DNA from: Chrysomallon squamiferum
Taxonomy: Eukaryota > Animalia > Mollusca
Direction of reading: 5' to 3'
Length of the DNA: 64,000 nt
Assembly: GCA_012295275.1 (NCBI GenBank)
Contig: CM022677.1
Location: forward strand, 9,796,001 to 9,860,000
Part shown: positions 1 to 33,946 of the stretch, piece by piece
Numbering within the stretch: position 1 is the first letter of the stretch
Layout of the letters: each line of letters opens with the position of its first letter
Position numbers and translations under genes: made by a program
The notes under the pieces: generated by a model
What the model was told of the DNA's origin: nothing
The model's input: the letters and a program-made list of their open reading frames with translations, nothing else
The model's database searches: none

Positions 1-463
1 AGATTTTGTAACACCAGTCTGACACATTGCGTTCGTTTCATTACTTTGAGTAAAACAATTTGATTTATGTTGTAACTTTCAGGAAATTTTGAAGACAATT
101 ATTATTTTAATCCTTTGAAATATAGTTTTAAAGTTTAGTCATGAAGACAGCTACAGTAAAGATAGATTGCATATTAACCCCAAATGAAAACAACTTAACC
201 GCCATAGCACTAATAATTACAATAATAAATGTCGAATCATTATTTTTTTTTCGCATGTTCTTTAACAAAATTAGAACTGATCTGTTTTGTCTTCACAAAT
301 AATATATTTGAAAATCAGTAACGTAAATGTTTAAATTAATATTTCAAACACTAACACTAATTATTATTATTATTATTGTTGTTGCTGTTATTGTTGTTGT
401 TGTTGTTGTTATTGATGTTGTTGTTGTTATTGATGTTGTTGTTATTATTGTTGTTGTTACTAG

Positions 464-19596
<19,133 letters not shown>

Positions 19597-20905
19597 CAAA
19601 CCAATCAGTGATCAAAACAATCAGAGCATGACGTAGAAAGAAAATATAAAGCAAATATAAAACTAGGGCATAGTATTGTATACAAATGGAGAATATGACA
19701 TATTATCGTATACAACTCAAATTATGACATAATATCGTATAACCACAGTAATCAATAATCACATTGCAATGGATCATTTACTTAAAGAGGGATCCCAATA
19801 TATACTTTACAATTTTATTTGATTATTATTATTGTTATTATTATTATTATTATTATTTAAACATTTATTTATTTATTGGTTTATATTTTGTTTTGTATAC
19901 TGGGTTTTAAAATTAATTTCAGCTGATATATTATAGCTCATCTGCAAATATTTTTACCTCTGTGAATCAAAAGATGCTCAGTAATCAGTGTGTATTCTTT
20001 ATAGAAATAAAGTTACGTTCAGAATCTAAAAGATTACGGGTTTGTCTCGTTATGTCTTGTCTATAATACTTTTATAAATATTTTAAAAGTGGCTACATCT
20101 GAAGCGTCATTTCTTCTGTAAGAATAGCTAACAAATTTGTCAAAATTCCATTACAGACACTTAATTATTATCAATTACAGGTGTCGAAATAGTTGTCTAC
20201 CTTTCAGAAATCGGGAAAATCCACAAAGCTTTAAAACTGGTTACTTTTGAATTAGGCGTGTTTTGTTTTAGTTTCCATGACGCCAGCGAGTGCTGCTGTG
20301 AACAGATGATCGTATCACATAAAGTTATAATTTGTTTCATTACTATCATGTCAAAAAGACTATCAGAAATACAACGTCGTAGTGAAAATTATATTCTCTG
20401 CATTTATTTTACACTATATAAGGCATTAATAAAACAAACACACCCTTCTTTACAAGTGTATAAATTTGTATTTGTTAAATACAGTTTCATTCTTTACGGT
20501 TCTTTGATTATTTTATATTTTATTATTTTGGCAATAAGAGTTGTTGTCTATAAACAAGACACTACATGCCACTGTCTTCTATAATGTACGTATTTACGTA
20601 TGTAAATCTTCGACAGATCGGTTACTGACACTCGATTGGTCGGGGAAATACCAAGCGGGTCTGGCGGTATATTTGATATTAAATAACTGAAATTAAATAT
20701 AAACAGTGGTATACAATGATATTAAACAAATCTCTAAATACGTAATAAAATAATAATAATAATGATAATGATAATAATAATAAACTGTAATTTCAACTGT
20801 TATTAAACATGTTTTTAATTTACATTATCATTCTAACAAATAAAAATTTACATAAGAGTTCGTCTCATTACGGATCAGTTTTAAGTTCAGTGTGGCCGAC
20901 ATCCA

Positions 20906-21086
20906 CCGGTGAACTTTTGAACTGATGTTTACTTGTTCCACTGTTTCTCACTCGAATATTCTCATTCGCTGTTTGACACGGAGCGGTCGCCAGGGGAAAC
21001 AGGTCATAAGCTCGTGATACACAAGTGAGAATATTCGAGTAGAAACTCAGTGAAAACATATCGGGTCAAACGTAAAAGTAAACCGG
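20906..21086. mobile_element. Degenerate fold-back / MITE-like element
   Basis: Inner arms 20943-20964 (GTTTCTCACTCGAATATTCTCA) and 21026-21046 (TGAGAATATTCGAGTAGAAAC) are complementary with one bulge. Weaker complementarity extends outward to CCGGT...ACCGG. No target-site duplication identified. Confidence 0.5.
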
Positions 21087-21714
21087 CCATATTGAAGTTT
21101 GAAATAATTCAGGATGAGATCAACTCTTACATACGTTTTTTTTTAATACTTTTTTATTTGTTCGAATGATAATGTGAATTAAAAAAGTATATAATAAAAG
21201 TGGAAATTATACTTCATTATTTTTGTTTTATTACATATCTAGAGATAACTACTTGGGTTTAATTTCATTGTTTATATTTAACATTGTTTATTTTCAAACA
21301 TCTGTTTCTATAACGGTAGTAATTAATTAACAAACCACAAGAACATAGCATATATAAGTATCTTAATAATAATAATAATTTTTTGTTTTGTTTAATCTTC
21401 ATCACCATCATCATCATCATTTCTATTGATGTTAGATATAAATGGAGTTTGAGTTTAGACATTGATCCTATTCTCAGGCTATATCCTTACAATTTAAAAT
21501 CCTAAATATTCCGGAATCCGAAAGAGATTCAGATACTTAGATTACAGTTTTTATGTGGTTTGTTGTTGTTTTTATTTTCATTATTATTATTATTTCCATT
21601 GGTGTCATCTTTAGTAATAAATATCACTATAACTCAGTATAATCTAGTTAACAAAATATATACTAATTATTATAATTCCGTTACTTCTAGTGTGTGTGTA
21701 TTTAAACAGTGCTT

Positions 21715-21799
<85 letters not shown>

Positions 21800-23324
21800 C
21801 ATCCTGATTTTTTCCAATAAAATGAAAGTTAACAATCACATAATAAACCACAATACACCACACTAACGACGATAATAATACCAATTATAATGACAACAAA
21901 ATAGAAAATTTATTTATAAAAAGAACGAAAATTATATCATGATTAAAATTATTAACAGTAACAACGACGACAACAATTTCGACAATAAAATGATAATAAT
22001 ACAGAAAAAGCTACCGCAAAAGCAATAAAATAGTACTTGTCGACACAGATATATTCGACACAGTAATTTCATATATTCTTCACAATGTCGTATTTATTAA
22101 TTATATGCTAATGTTTTAAAGCAAAAATGATAAATTTATTTTGTTAAGGGAATTTCTTAAAAAGATGTAATTGAAAATCCAAAAATAAAATGAAACAGTT
22201 AAATAGGAAAAAATGACAATTGAATATTACAAAGAATCGTAAAAAACGAAAACCGTCGAAGACGTTGAATCATTTATTGAAATGGAACATTTAGACCTAT
22301 CTTTTTTCACTTTCTGGCTTGTGTTTTACAAATAACCGTCGTATTTATTGTTTAATAAGTCATTTGAAGTGAAGCGGTGGTTCCCGATTAGTGAAAAATA
22401 ACACTTCAGGAAAGACAACTCTCTATGGTCGTCTACAGAAGTAAACATCAAAATAATCGAAAAATTACATATTAACGACCGACAACTCTTAGTCAGGAAT
22501 AATCTCATGTTTATCTGTCAATTGAAACAGGTCTAAAACATAGCATTTAACAAAGTAAATTCACCTCTATTAGAGTCTTCAACAAAAGAACACTTTATAT
22601 TTATTATTATTATTATTATTCTTTTAATTGGTGTAGAATACATCTTCATCTGACAATTTTGAAAAATTCCTTTTTTTCCTGCCATATTAAATGCGCTACG
22701 AGTCCGAATCTATGGTCAGATTTGAATGTTTGTTTTGATCAAATTCTGATGACCTTAACGAGCCGTATTACGTGAGAAACCAATAAACTGCGTTTATTAT
22801 TTACTATTTTAAACAATGATGTTATCATTCGTTTAATAACAAACTGTTGTAATAAATACGACTAGGAATTCAAAAATAAATAGCATACATTATCATTTCG
22901 AACGGCAAAATATTGGCCCGGCATTCGTTTAGGTCTTTCTTTCTGAGAAGAGGAGGAAATATATGAATTTTTTGAAAATAAACAATATCAGAAAATCTTT
23001 AAGCCTAAATTTTTTTTTCTTTATTTTATTATTAGTTTTAAATAGCTTATTTTTAAAAAACAAGAGAATCTTTCAAAGGAAATTAATATTTTATATTAAA
23101 CAAAAACAGTCATCTGTAGGAACGTTCACAAACAGCATACTTCGCTTGTTATTATTTTATGAGATGTACTAACATAATCTATATAACTAATAATAACAGA
23201 TCAAGCTATATATAAATACATTCATAAATACATACATACGCAGTAATGTATATACAAGTTCTTTTTTTATTATTATTATTATTATTATTATAAATAAATT
23301 ATAATATCGTTATAATCCGCATTT

Positions 23325-23463
23325 CTAATGGCCGAATATAGGTTCCGGTTCGGTTTCGGAAGTAATTTTTGTCTTTGTGTTAATGGAGGCGTTGCTTTTT
23401 TTAAATGAAGTGTTGATTTTGTTGATTGTGTGAACGTTAGTCAGGAGTGAAGATGTGGATGAG
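23325..23463 (+). promoter_or_regulatory. Probable promoter and first non-coding exon of the zinc-finger gene
   Basis: CpG-containing patch with ETS-like TTCCGG and CGGAAGT and YY1-like AATGGC/AATGGAGG. Donor GAG|GTGAAT at 23463; possible further UTR exon 23851-23868; acceptor TTTCAG ending at 24333, upstream of the ATG. Confidence 0.45.
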
Positions 23464-24433
23464 GTGAATACCTTTACTGAACTTCAGAATAAACAATGTT
23501 TGTTTTTAATAGAAGAACTCAAATTTATTATCACTTCATATATTATTTTCGTTTGTTAATTAGTGGATGACAGCTAAAACTCGGAATTGACACACGTTCG
23601 GAAAATCATTCAGGACAAAATTTGGCTGTATTTACAAAATGCATATTAACAGATATTTTGTTTATTATTATATCTTTTTTAAATATATAATTGCATTTCG
23701 TTCGTACTGCATAACAAACATGGAATTTTCTTTATAGAAGACCAAATGCTAGCTAGCTTAAGTCCAATGTTGACATTCACAGATTCTCTCAAAAACGGTA
23801 TTATATAATTTCTGCATTCTAAGTTGTTGTGGTTTTTTTTTGTATTACAGCGTTACAAACATGGACTGGTACGAGTCATCACTTATATTTTATAAGATTT
23901 AAAGTTAATTTTATTATTTTATTTTTCTAAATTTTTTTTTTTAATAATTAACTTGTCAAATATATTAACTGGTTGCAATCAGTGGTAAAGACAGTATTCC
24001 CAATCAAGATAACACATATTAAGTGATAAAGAGGATATCAGTGTTTCAATTTTCTCAAGAAATTGAATGGAAAATCATGTTTTTTATCACACACACACAG
24101 ACACACACACACACACACACACATTTGTTGGTAGAAACAAATACCAGCAATGCTTTCTGATATATGTGTGTATATATATATATATATTTAAAAATCTCAT
24201 TTTGATGTCCTAAACATTTTCTCAAAATTATACATACATACATACAGATATATACATATAAATATATATACATGCATAATTATATAGAGAGAGATGATGA
24301 CGGTAAAATTAAAAGTATTTCTATCTATTTCAGGGAAAATAAATAGGAGTCGCTAATTTTTTTTTATTTTACGAAGTCTACAACACAAATTCAATCATGT
24401 TCATGTAGAAGTGTATTAAACTAATGATAATCA

Positions 24434-25531
24434 ATGTCTGGACATTTTGAAAACAAAAAGAAGATGTCTGTCAAGCAGCTGGACAGACGTTTTGAGTGTG
24501 ATGTTTGTAAGCTGTTGTTTACGAACCGGCGAGCTCTAAAACGACATTCTTGGATTCACACTGGAGTGAAACCTTTTAAGTGTGAGCTGTGTTCAAAAAC
24601 ATTCACACGCAGTCTGAATCTGAAAACTCACATGTTGATTCACACAGGTGAGAAGCCATTCAAGTGTGAAGTGTGTCAGAAGCAGTTCCGAGACAAGAAC
24701 TCGTGGAAGCGACACTGGCTGATTCACACAGACGAGAAGCCCTTCCAGTGCAAGGTGTGCTCCAAGTGCTTCATTCAGAGTTCAGTGCTGAAAGGTCACA
24801 TGTTGATTCACACTGGCGAGAAACCCTTTCAGTGTCAGGAATGTTTCATGCTGTTCACACACGTTTCACACTTGACAAGTCACATGTTGATTCACACAGG
24901 AGAAAAACCATTCAAGTGTGAAGAATGTTCCAAATGCTTTACGCAGCGATCCACTCTGAAGAGACACGTGTTGATTCATACAGGAGAAAAATCGTTCAAG
25001 TGTGGCGAGTGTTCTAAATGTTTCTCTCAGAGTTCTAATTTGAAGATTCACATGATGATTCATACTGGGGAGAAGCCGTACACGTGTGGCATGTGTTCCA
25101 AGCTGTTTGCGTACAGCTCCACACTGAAGCGACACATGATGCTGCACAACGGAGAGAAGCCGTTCAGGTGTGACGTGTGTTACGAACGATTCTCTCGAAG
25201 TTCCAATCTCAAGAAGCACAGATGTACAGGAGTTTCCAAGGACGACCCACAGAGGATTCTACCAGAAACACACAGGCAGGAAACATCCTCATCAGCAGCA
25301 AGAGTGACCTCAACATCAACTACAATAAATACAAAATCATCATCAATCTCACCAACTTTGGCAGCATCACCAGAACCTTCATCATCATTGATGCCTCGTT
25401 CACCATTTGGTTCAAGATCACCAACAGAGTCTCCTGAACGTTCAGAATCACCGTCAGGCCGTGCAGCACAGACAACTGAATCAGGAGATCCAGAACCATC
25501 ATCATCAAGTGAAAACCAATCAAAATGTTAA
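24434..25531 (+). CDS. C2H2 (Kruppel-type) zinc-finger protein, 365 aa, intronless CDS
   Basis: Eight complete C-x2-C-x12-H-x3-H fingers with TGEKPF linkers, a ninth degenerate finger (CDVC...KKHRC), and a Ser/Pro/Thr-rich C-terminal tail. Confidence 0.95.
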   Translation: MSGHFENKKKMSVKQLDRRFECDVCKLLFTNRRALKRHSWIHTGVKPFKCELCSKTFTRSLNLKTHMLIHTGEKPFKCEVCQKQFRDKNSWKRHWLIHTDEKPFQCKVCSKCFIQSSVLKGHMLIHTGEKPFQCQECFMLFTHVSHLTSHMLIHTGEKPFKCEECSKCFTQRSTLKRHVLIHTGEKSFKCGECSKCFSQSSNLKIHMMIHTGEKPYTCGMCSKLFAYSSTLKRHMMLHNGEKPFRCDVCYERFSRSSNLKKHRCTGVSKDDPQRILPETHRQETSSSAARVTSTSTTINTKSSSISPTLAASPEPSSSLMPRSPFGSRSPTESPERSESPSGRAAQTTESGDPEPSSSSENQSKC

Positions 25532-28500
25532 CACTGGACGTTTGCAAGACTAAACCAATGTAAAGGTTATAATCAGAATTATTATACAGTCAAATAACTT
25601 GTTTGCTATTTTCAAGTGGTTTTTTTTACATTTTTCTTTACATTTAAAAAAACCATAAGCCTCTAAATCAAAACCGATGTCTCTACCTTTTTATCTTAAC
25701 ACCCTCTTTTCATTATATCAGAAATGTAATAATTGTAATATACACTGTATTTTTATATATTTTTTTTATCATTTTCTTATCTAAAAATGGCAGGTCTATT
25801 ATAGCATTATAAGAGTCATGTGTTGTGGAATGGAAAATCTCATTTTACTGTAATTCTTTTTCCCCTTTCCAGACAGTCTCCTAATTTACAATGGATTTGG
25901 CAGCAGCTTTCTCTCATATCATTAATATAAACATAATCCTACATAATCAAAACAGTTAAAAACATTCAGTCATGCTTTTTTCAAACTGCAATCATAAACA
26001 CAGTACAGCATTTTGAGGTAGCTAAAACTAAAAGGCAAGTTGTTCATTGTTTGTGGTTAATTGTAAACATGACTAAGTCACTTTTTCTGCAGCAGTTTCC
26101 TTCATCATTTTTGTTGTAATTTTTATTATTATTATTCTTTTACTTTTTTTTTTAAATTATCATTTTAAAGTATAATAATAGTAGTAGTATTGTTGTTATG
26201 ATAATTATTAATTACTATTTTTATTACTGCTACTACTATTACTACCACTACTGCTATTAGTATTATTATTTTATTTATTATTTTATTATCTGCAGGGATT
26301 ATTAATTAACTCTACCTCAGGGATATTTTATTTCCATTGGCAACTGAATATGTTTTATAAATTACACAGCTGAGAGAGTTGTATTAATTTTTATACAGCT
26401 TATAAATCAGATTTAAATGTTCAACTTCACAAAGATCATTTCAGAAGTTAACTATTTAAGGAAGATAATTTCACAGGGTTACCATTTATATTTTTATATA
26501 TATTATACTAAATTTATTTTATTAGTATAATTGTGTTTGGATATATTTATTTACTCTTGAGCATTAAAAGTGCCAAAATCAGAAAATGTACACATCAAAA
26601 AATGAGCCAAAAATAATGAGAAAGAATAGTAGACTGATGGTGAAAGTATTAGCCTAGCAGTCTGACTAAGACATAAAAATTAATATAAATTCACCAAACA
26701 GGTGATAATGACAGTACTAGACTAAAGATTAGTTAAAGAAAAAAAATTAATAGAAAATATCCAGTGATATTAATTTTCTAAAAGAAACAAAATATATAAA
26801 GATGTAAAGAAAAAGAAATTTACTACACTGATAATAATATTAATATAAAAAATAAGATAAAAATATAACCAAACAGACTGGTAATGAATAAAGGTGGTGC
26901 TGTTTGATCGTGGTACAGGTTGAGAATCTTTTGATCGAAATAACAAAATCTGTGGCTTGGAGTTTCAATTTCTGACTTCTGGACCCTTGTTTTTGTCAGC
27001 ACTCGTTTTGGCAATATCTGTTTCAGTTTTTTTTCTATTTGAACCATTGTCTGTGTAAAATGTTCTCTAGTTTAATTTAAACTATTACTAAGTGGATAAA
27101 ATATTAGTATAATTTGTGTTTTGTCAAAATAAAGATAATTTTAAAAAAATATATATTATTTTTATTTTTATTTATTCCTTTCTATAAAAGTAATACATTT
27201 TAAAATTAAACAAGATACTTGAAAAACAGGATATTTTAAGAGAGAGATCTCCTTAAGAAAATACTACGAATTAGATCTGAACCCAAAAGAAAAATTACTA
27301 AGGATATATATATATATACTTAAAAAGGAAAATATTTTTTTTTTCTGTTAAAAATCACAAAATAAAATACTTGATGAATGATCTGTTGTGAATTTAATAA
27401 AATTTGTACTGACATTAATGTAGCATGTTGATATAAACATATTATTTCTTTGTTTTAATGAAATAATCTGGATTTGGGTAAAGTTGTACATGTACATAAC
27501 AATCTTTAGAATTATATATGAAAAGCTTTTTAATTGTTTTATAAAATATAGAAGGTTATAACTTTGTGATAATGATGTATGTATTGTATCAAAGTGTGGA
27601 GTTATACTGCATATTTTAATTTGTTTTTTTAAATTGTTTTGTAAGTGGTTTTTTTTTTTTGTCTATGTTAAGAAAACCTGTTGAATTGTTGACAGTTGCT
27701 GTTGGTTTTTTTTTTTAAATTCTTTCTTTATGGTGTCTGTATTTATGCATGTATGTGTGTACATGCAACAAACATACAAATAATTTGAATTGTTGTAATT
27801 AAAATATTGCATAACACAGTATATAACTTTGTTTGCATTATTCAGTATACATAAATATATTATTATGTATCTATACATTTAGTTTGAAAAATGAAAAAAT
27901 TGATTCATGTTTATTTTTGTTATTGTTATTTAATATTCTATGTAATACAGTAAGCATGGATAAAATATTTCTGCATTTCAGATGGTTTTTAATTAGTTTT
28001 ATTATTTCTACTGTAATTTTAATTTTGATATCTGACATCAAAACAGAACATTCAGTAATATATCTGTGGTGTATTTCATTCTCTTATTATTTATTAGCAA
28101 AGATTGGTCTTCAGAAACAAAACCATCTAAATATGTGTTTGTCCTTGAGTGTATGTGTGTGTGTTTGTGTGTGTGTCTGCATATGTATGGGATACCTTTT
28201 TACTATTCATTTGCACTAGCAGTGTCTTTTTACAATTAGTTTTTTTAAATTTTTACAAGATCAGAATTATTATGGAACATCCATATCTTCATTACTTCAT
28301 TTACATAAAAATTTTGTTAGAACTGCAAACATCACACAATAACTAACTAGTAAACAGAGAAAACAATAACATTACATTTATATCTTTTATTTAAAGTGAA
28401 GTAAAATAATTTTTACATGATTTAAGAATGATGTATGAAAACAAAGGTTTGATAATTAATTTGATACTGACAACATTAAATGCTTTATACTTTTGATATT

Positions 28501-28908
28501 AGTTTACAGTGATTTTCTGTAAAAAAGACAAGTCTTGTAAAAGCATCATCAAAGCCTGAATTGTATGTTAGTTAATGATAGCAGCAGACTCTATAGTAAA
28601 CTTCATAAAATAAACATATTTATAACTAAAAATATATGTGGAAGGTTTGTTAAAAAATTTCAGTAACTGATTTTTCTTTCTTTTAATCTAAGTAATTTAA
28701 ACATTCTAAATTATATTTTGTCACTTTGCAAGATTTTATTGTAGTGAATAGAAAAAAACTGAAAAATGATTAGTAATAATAATGAAAAGTTCAGCTCAGA
28801 CACACATAATATTATTTTCAAAATTTCACATGTCATAGCAGTAGAAATAATAATTTTTTTGTAAAAATATATCTTCTGGTGTAGTTCAGTGGAACATCCT
28901 GGAGTTAG

Positions 28909-31900
28909 CTACGCAGGGTTGAGCAGCTTGTCTGCACTGGCAGGAGTGTTTTCATACAGCTCCAACTTTCTTATCAGCTTCTCCTTCGCTGCATCGTCTG
29001 ACATTTTCTGTGTGCCGTCCTCGTTTATCATCTCCTCATAGCTGTTGTTGTTGGAGTACGATACCTCAGTCCCCTGTGTTACCACTGTCTCCTTTTTCCT
29101 TCGATATCTTCTTTAAATAATAAAATAATAATAATAGAAATAATGATGATAATAATAATAATAGTAATAATAATAGTAATAAGGATAATAATAATAATAG
29201 TAATAATAATAATAAGAAGAAGAATAATTAAAATAGTAACAGAAATACTAACAGTTGTAACCCTGCTAATAAAAATAACAACATATAAAATATCTTAATC
29301 TGATATACATATATCAACAAAAATAATAATGTGCAAACCAAAAAATCTTCATTTGGCAATAGTTTATATAGTTAAATATATCAACATATGCAACTAACAT
29401 GAGTATTTTCAGATTTTTTAGATTAGTTGCAATTATTAGAACACACCCTATCCCAGCCCCCCAAAAAACTAAAACAATAAGATGTTTTAAATAATAATAA
29501 GAAAACCATTTGTATCTTCAATGTCAAGATTTAAAAAACAAATAACAAAAACTACTGTGATTACTTCTGAGAAAGTAAAGTAGAGCTAGTTTGTTTGTCA
29601 GTTAAATATCTGTTTATATAGTTAAATATCTGTTTATATAGTTATATAGCTGTTTATATAGTTAAATAGCTGTTTATGTAGTTAAATAGCTGTTTATATA
29701 GTTATATAGCTGTTTATGTAGTTATATAGCTGTTTATGTAGTTAAATAGCTGTTTATGTAGTTAAATAGCTGTTTATGTAGTTATATAGCTGTTTATGTA
29801 GTTAAATAGCTGTTTATATAGTTAAATAGCTGTTTATATAGTTAAATAGCTGTTTATGTAGTTATATAGCTGTTTATGTAGTTAAATAGCTGTTTATATA
29901 GTTAAATAGCTGTTTATATAGTTAAATATCTGTTTATGTAGTTAAATATCTGTTTATATAGTTAAATATCTGTTTATATAGTTAAATATCTGTTTATATA
30001 GTTAAATATCTGTTTATATAGTTATATAGCTGTTTATGTAGTTATATAGCTGTTTATGTAGTTAAATAGCTGTTTATGTAGTTAAATATCTGTTTATATA
30101 GTTATATAGCTGTTTATGTAGTTATATAGCTGTTTATATAGTTAAATATCTGTTTATGTAGTTAAATAGCTGTTTATGTAGTTAAATAGCTGTTTATATA
30201 GTTAAATAGCTGTTTATATAGTTATATAGCTGTTTATATAGTTATATAGCTGTTTATGTAGTTAAATATCTGTTTATATAGTTAAATATCTGTTTATATA
30301 GTTAAATATCTGTTTATATAGTTATATAGCTGTTTATATAGTTATATAGCTGTTTATGTAGTTAAATAGCTGTTTATGTAGTTAAATAGCTGTTTATATA
30401 GTTAAATATCTGTTTATGTAGTTATATAGCTGTTTATGTAGTTAAATAGCTGTTTATATAGTTAAATAGCTGTTTATGTAGTTATATAGCTGTTTATGTA
30501 GTTAAATAGCTGTTTATATAGTTAAATAGCTGTTTATGTAGTTATATAGCTGTTTATGTAGTTAAATAGCTGTTTATATAGTTAAATAGCTGTTTATGTA
30601 GTTAAATAGCTGTTTATGTAGTTATATAGCTGTTTATTAAGAGAAAGTTCTGAGAACCTGTAATAGAATGCAGCTGACGTGACAGAGATGACAGCAAGGA
30701 CGCCAGCAGTTGAGAAGAATGTAATGTTGCTGTCCACAGAGTCTAAACCTGAAACAAACAAATCTCATTTAAATCCTGTCTTTATACAGAAAACTGCTTG
30801 CTGCTACCTGAATATTACTCCACTTAATTTTTTTTAAAATTTCTGAATATTTAGAACAATTTAAAAAAACAACAAAAAACTGATGAATATTTTTCTATTA
30901 ATGAAGTCGATGGTGTGCAAATAAATATTTAATCGTTGCATCAAATATAATAATAATAACAATAAAATAACAATAATATTAATAATAAAATTATATAATA
31001 ATATGTATATATATTTAAGTGTACAAAATTATTTATGATTTCATTGTATTTCTATTTCAGGAATATTTCAAACTGTAATTTTTTTTTTTTTTTTTTTTTT
31101 TTTTTTCTTGTTCTGAGTAGACAGGATTATCCTGAATGTTACAGTGAGATCATATAAATCATCTAACCTCTTCAATTGCATTTGCATTTATAAAGGATTA
31201 GATTAAACTTTTAAGTTTTAAATTAATGATGTCAGATCCGTGGCTTATATACATCTTGTTGTTATAATCTGTGGGAAGCCTAAGTGACATCCTAACAGTC
31301 TGTTGAGGCAGTACTAGTAAAAACTGCAGACAATCAGTCAATAGTAAGTGACCCTCTCAGACAAATACTACTGCTTATACTGTAAAGAATTAATTATTAA
31401 TAGCAGAAATACAGAATGCTCCATATTGCAACGGACCAACTGTATAAAATTAATTTGATCCATGACCTAATTAAATGTTTTAATTAACCCAGTACCATCA
31501 GTTACTTATAGCTAATTATTGCTTAGATTTATGTGACTGAAGGAATTTTATGAAACAAGAACATGCATTTATATCATTGTCCTGGGAGCTAACCTAGCAA
31601 AAAATTCAACATGGGGACATTAACTGATGATTTCAGTTGAAATGAACAAATCTCCAAGAAAATAAATAATTTTCAATAATTACTATAATGTGTAAATTAT
31701 AAAAATTAACTTACTAGAAGAAAGAGAACAGTTTTCTCCTGCACAACGTTCAGTAATGACATCATGGTGGCGACCTCTACAACTACTTCCTCCTGTACTC
31801 CTACACTGCCTCCTCAAGGAGACTGATCTCTGACAGTTTGAAGAACAAGGAGCTACTGTGTGTCTGCTCCATGTGGTCCAGACTCCTGTGAGATTTTGAA

Positions 31901-33904
31901 ATGGGAAAACAAAACAGAGATAATCAGATACAGTTAAATCACATCTGACAGAATTTGCTGGTTGTTTTATTTGCGTCTTCTTCAATTTTAGTTTTTAAAT
32001 TAGTTTTGATGACTTTACAGTCTTTCTTCATTAGTTTTGATATATCTTCATTCATAATCAAAATTAGCTGGTAAATTGTATCTTTTATGTTAAAAGCATT
32101 ATTAAACAAAAATATTTAAAAAATAAATAATAAATAAATACACAAAGGAAATAATTTATTGATACTAAATACCTTCTGGACACAGGTCACCGCTACATTG
32201 TTCACGTACAATGTCTTTGTCAAGTCCAAAACATGGTGTTGTTGTAGCAGTCGTACAAACACGTTCAACAAACACTGTCCTCTCACAGGAGTCTTCACAC
32301 TGACCACTGTACATCTGCCTCCACTCTGACCACTGTCCACTAGCTTTCAAACCAGAAAAATGTTTTTTAAAATAAATAATAACAGTATTAAAACCAATAA
32401 CAAATCATTAAATGACACCATTGAATAAAAAAAAAAAAAAAATAAAATAAAATAAAATAAATAAATAACTGAACAAAGAAACAAATTAAGAACTGATCTG
32501 GACAATGGAATACAAGAATTTCAAAAATTAGACTCAATGGAAAGATTTTGCTTGCACTAAGCAAACTTTCTAACTTCAACTGAATGTTTTGAATTAAAGT
32601 GAAAAAACTTCAAAGAAGTTAACATTGAAAACTTAATGATTTTGAACAGAATTAATCTAGACGAAATTATTCTTCTTCTTCTTATGAACTAAACTGAACC
32701 AGATGAAAGAAAATTAACTGAAGTGAATTCATCAAAAACTGAACCAAATGGAACTTCACAAGCTCAAAAATTGAACCAACACTGAAATGAATTAAGCTGA
32801 AAGCTGAATCAAATTGAACTGACCAGCTGAAAAATGAACCAGACTGAGTTAAGCTGAATTAACTGAAATACCTCTTAAACAGAGCCCATCAGAACAGTTT
32901 TCAATAACAACATGTTTGCTGAATCCTTTACACCTGTCACTGGATCTGTGTACACACAGTCTGCGAGACAGCACATACCTCTGACAGTCAGCCTGACACT
33001 GACCAACAATGTGTCTTGACCATGGTGACCACTTACTGACCTCTGGAAAAGATTTTCTATCTCACTTTTAAATAAACTTACATTTCTGAACAGTATCAAA
33101 AAAAATAAAAATAAAGCAACAACATATTACAAACTTTTATTACCAGTCAGCAAAATTAATTTTAAATCAGTGTATAAAATAAATGGATAAAAATATGCAT
33201 CAATTCACAAGTTGTTATTATTATTTATTCCTCTTTAATTCAAAATGGAAAAATGCTGATGCATATTCTAAATATTAGTTTTAAATTAGATTTTTTATAG
33301 GCTGGTAAGTGTAACTGTGCTTGTTGCAAAATGAATGTGCATGCACACACATGCATTGGCTAGAGCAAACACTTCTACTAGTAAAACAGTTTTGTTCACA
33401 GATAAAGATATGTGAAATATCTGTTTTCTACTAATCTCAGACTGTCACTTGTTAACCATTCATAACATGGATTAGGATTTCCAGCTAAAATGAATATTCC
33501 AACAATACACTTAACCTATTTCTAAATGAAATATATTCTTATTATATCTGTAGTTAAGGACCATAGAGTGAATACAAGATGAGAGCTGTCATAAAAAAAT
33601 CTGTATTTATTGCAAACTATGTTATGAAGGTCAAACCAAACACTGCATACAGATATGAAATGTGTGTGTGTGTGTGTATGAGTTTGTATCTGAGTCAAAG
33701 TAGACATTGTGATTACACTAATAATATTAAATTACATCATTATAATTCAAGTATTGTTACCACTGTCTGTATTTAGAACATAACAAGAAGTTAAAAATAA
33801 TCACCTGTATTTAGTAATAAATTATTTGTACATGAAGAGGTTACTGTCTCAAGAACATATGGAATTTTATAAATTATTATTATTGATGAATTTGTTTATT
33901 GACA

Positions 33905-33946
<42 letters not shown>

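Noticed and set aside
24673-25547. Alternative-frame and antisense ORFs over the zinc-finger gene
   Set aside because: Shadows of the repetitive zinc-finger CDS.
26823-27047. 74-aa minus-strand ORF between the converging genes
   Set aside because: No recognisable domain or splice linkage; probably UTR or intergenic.
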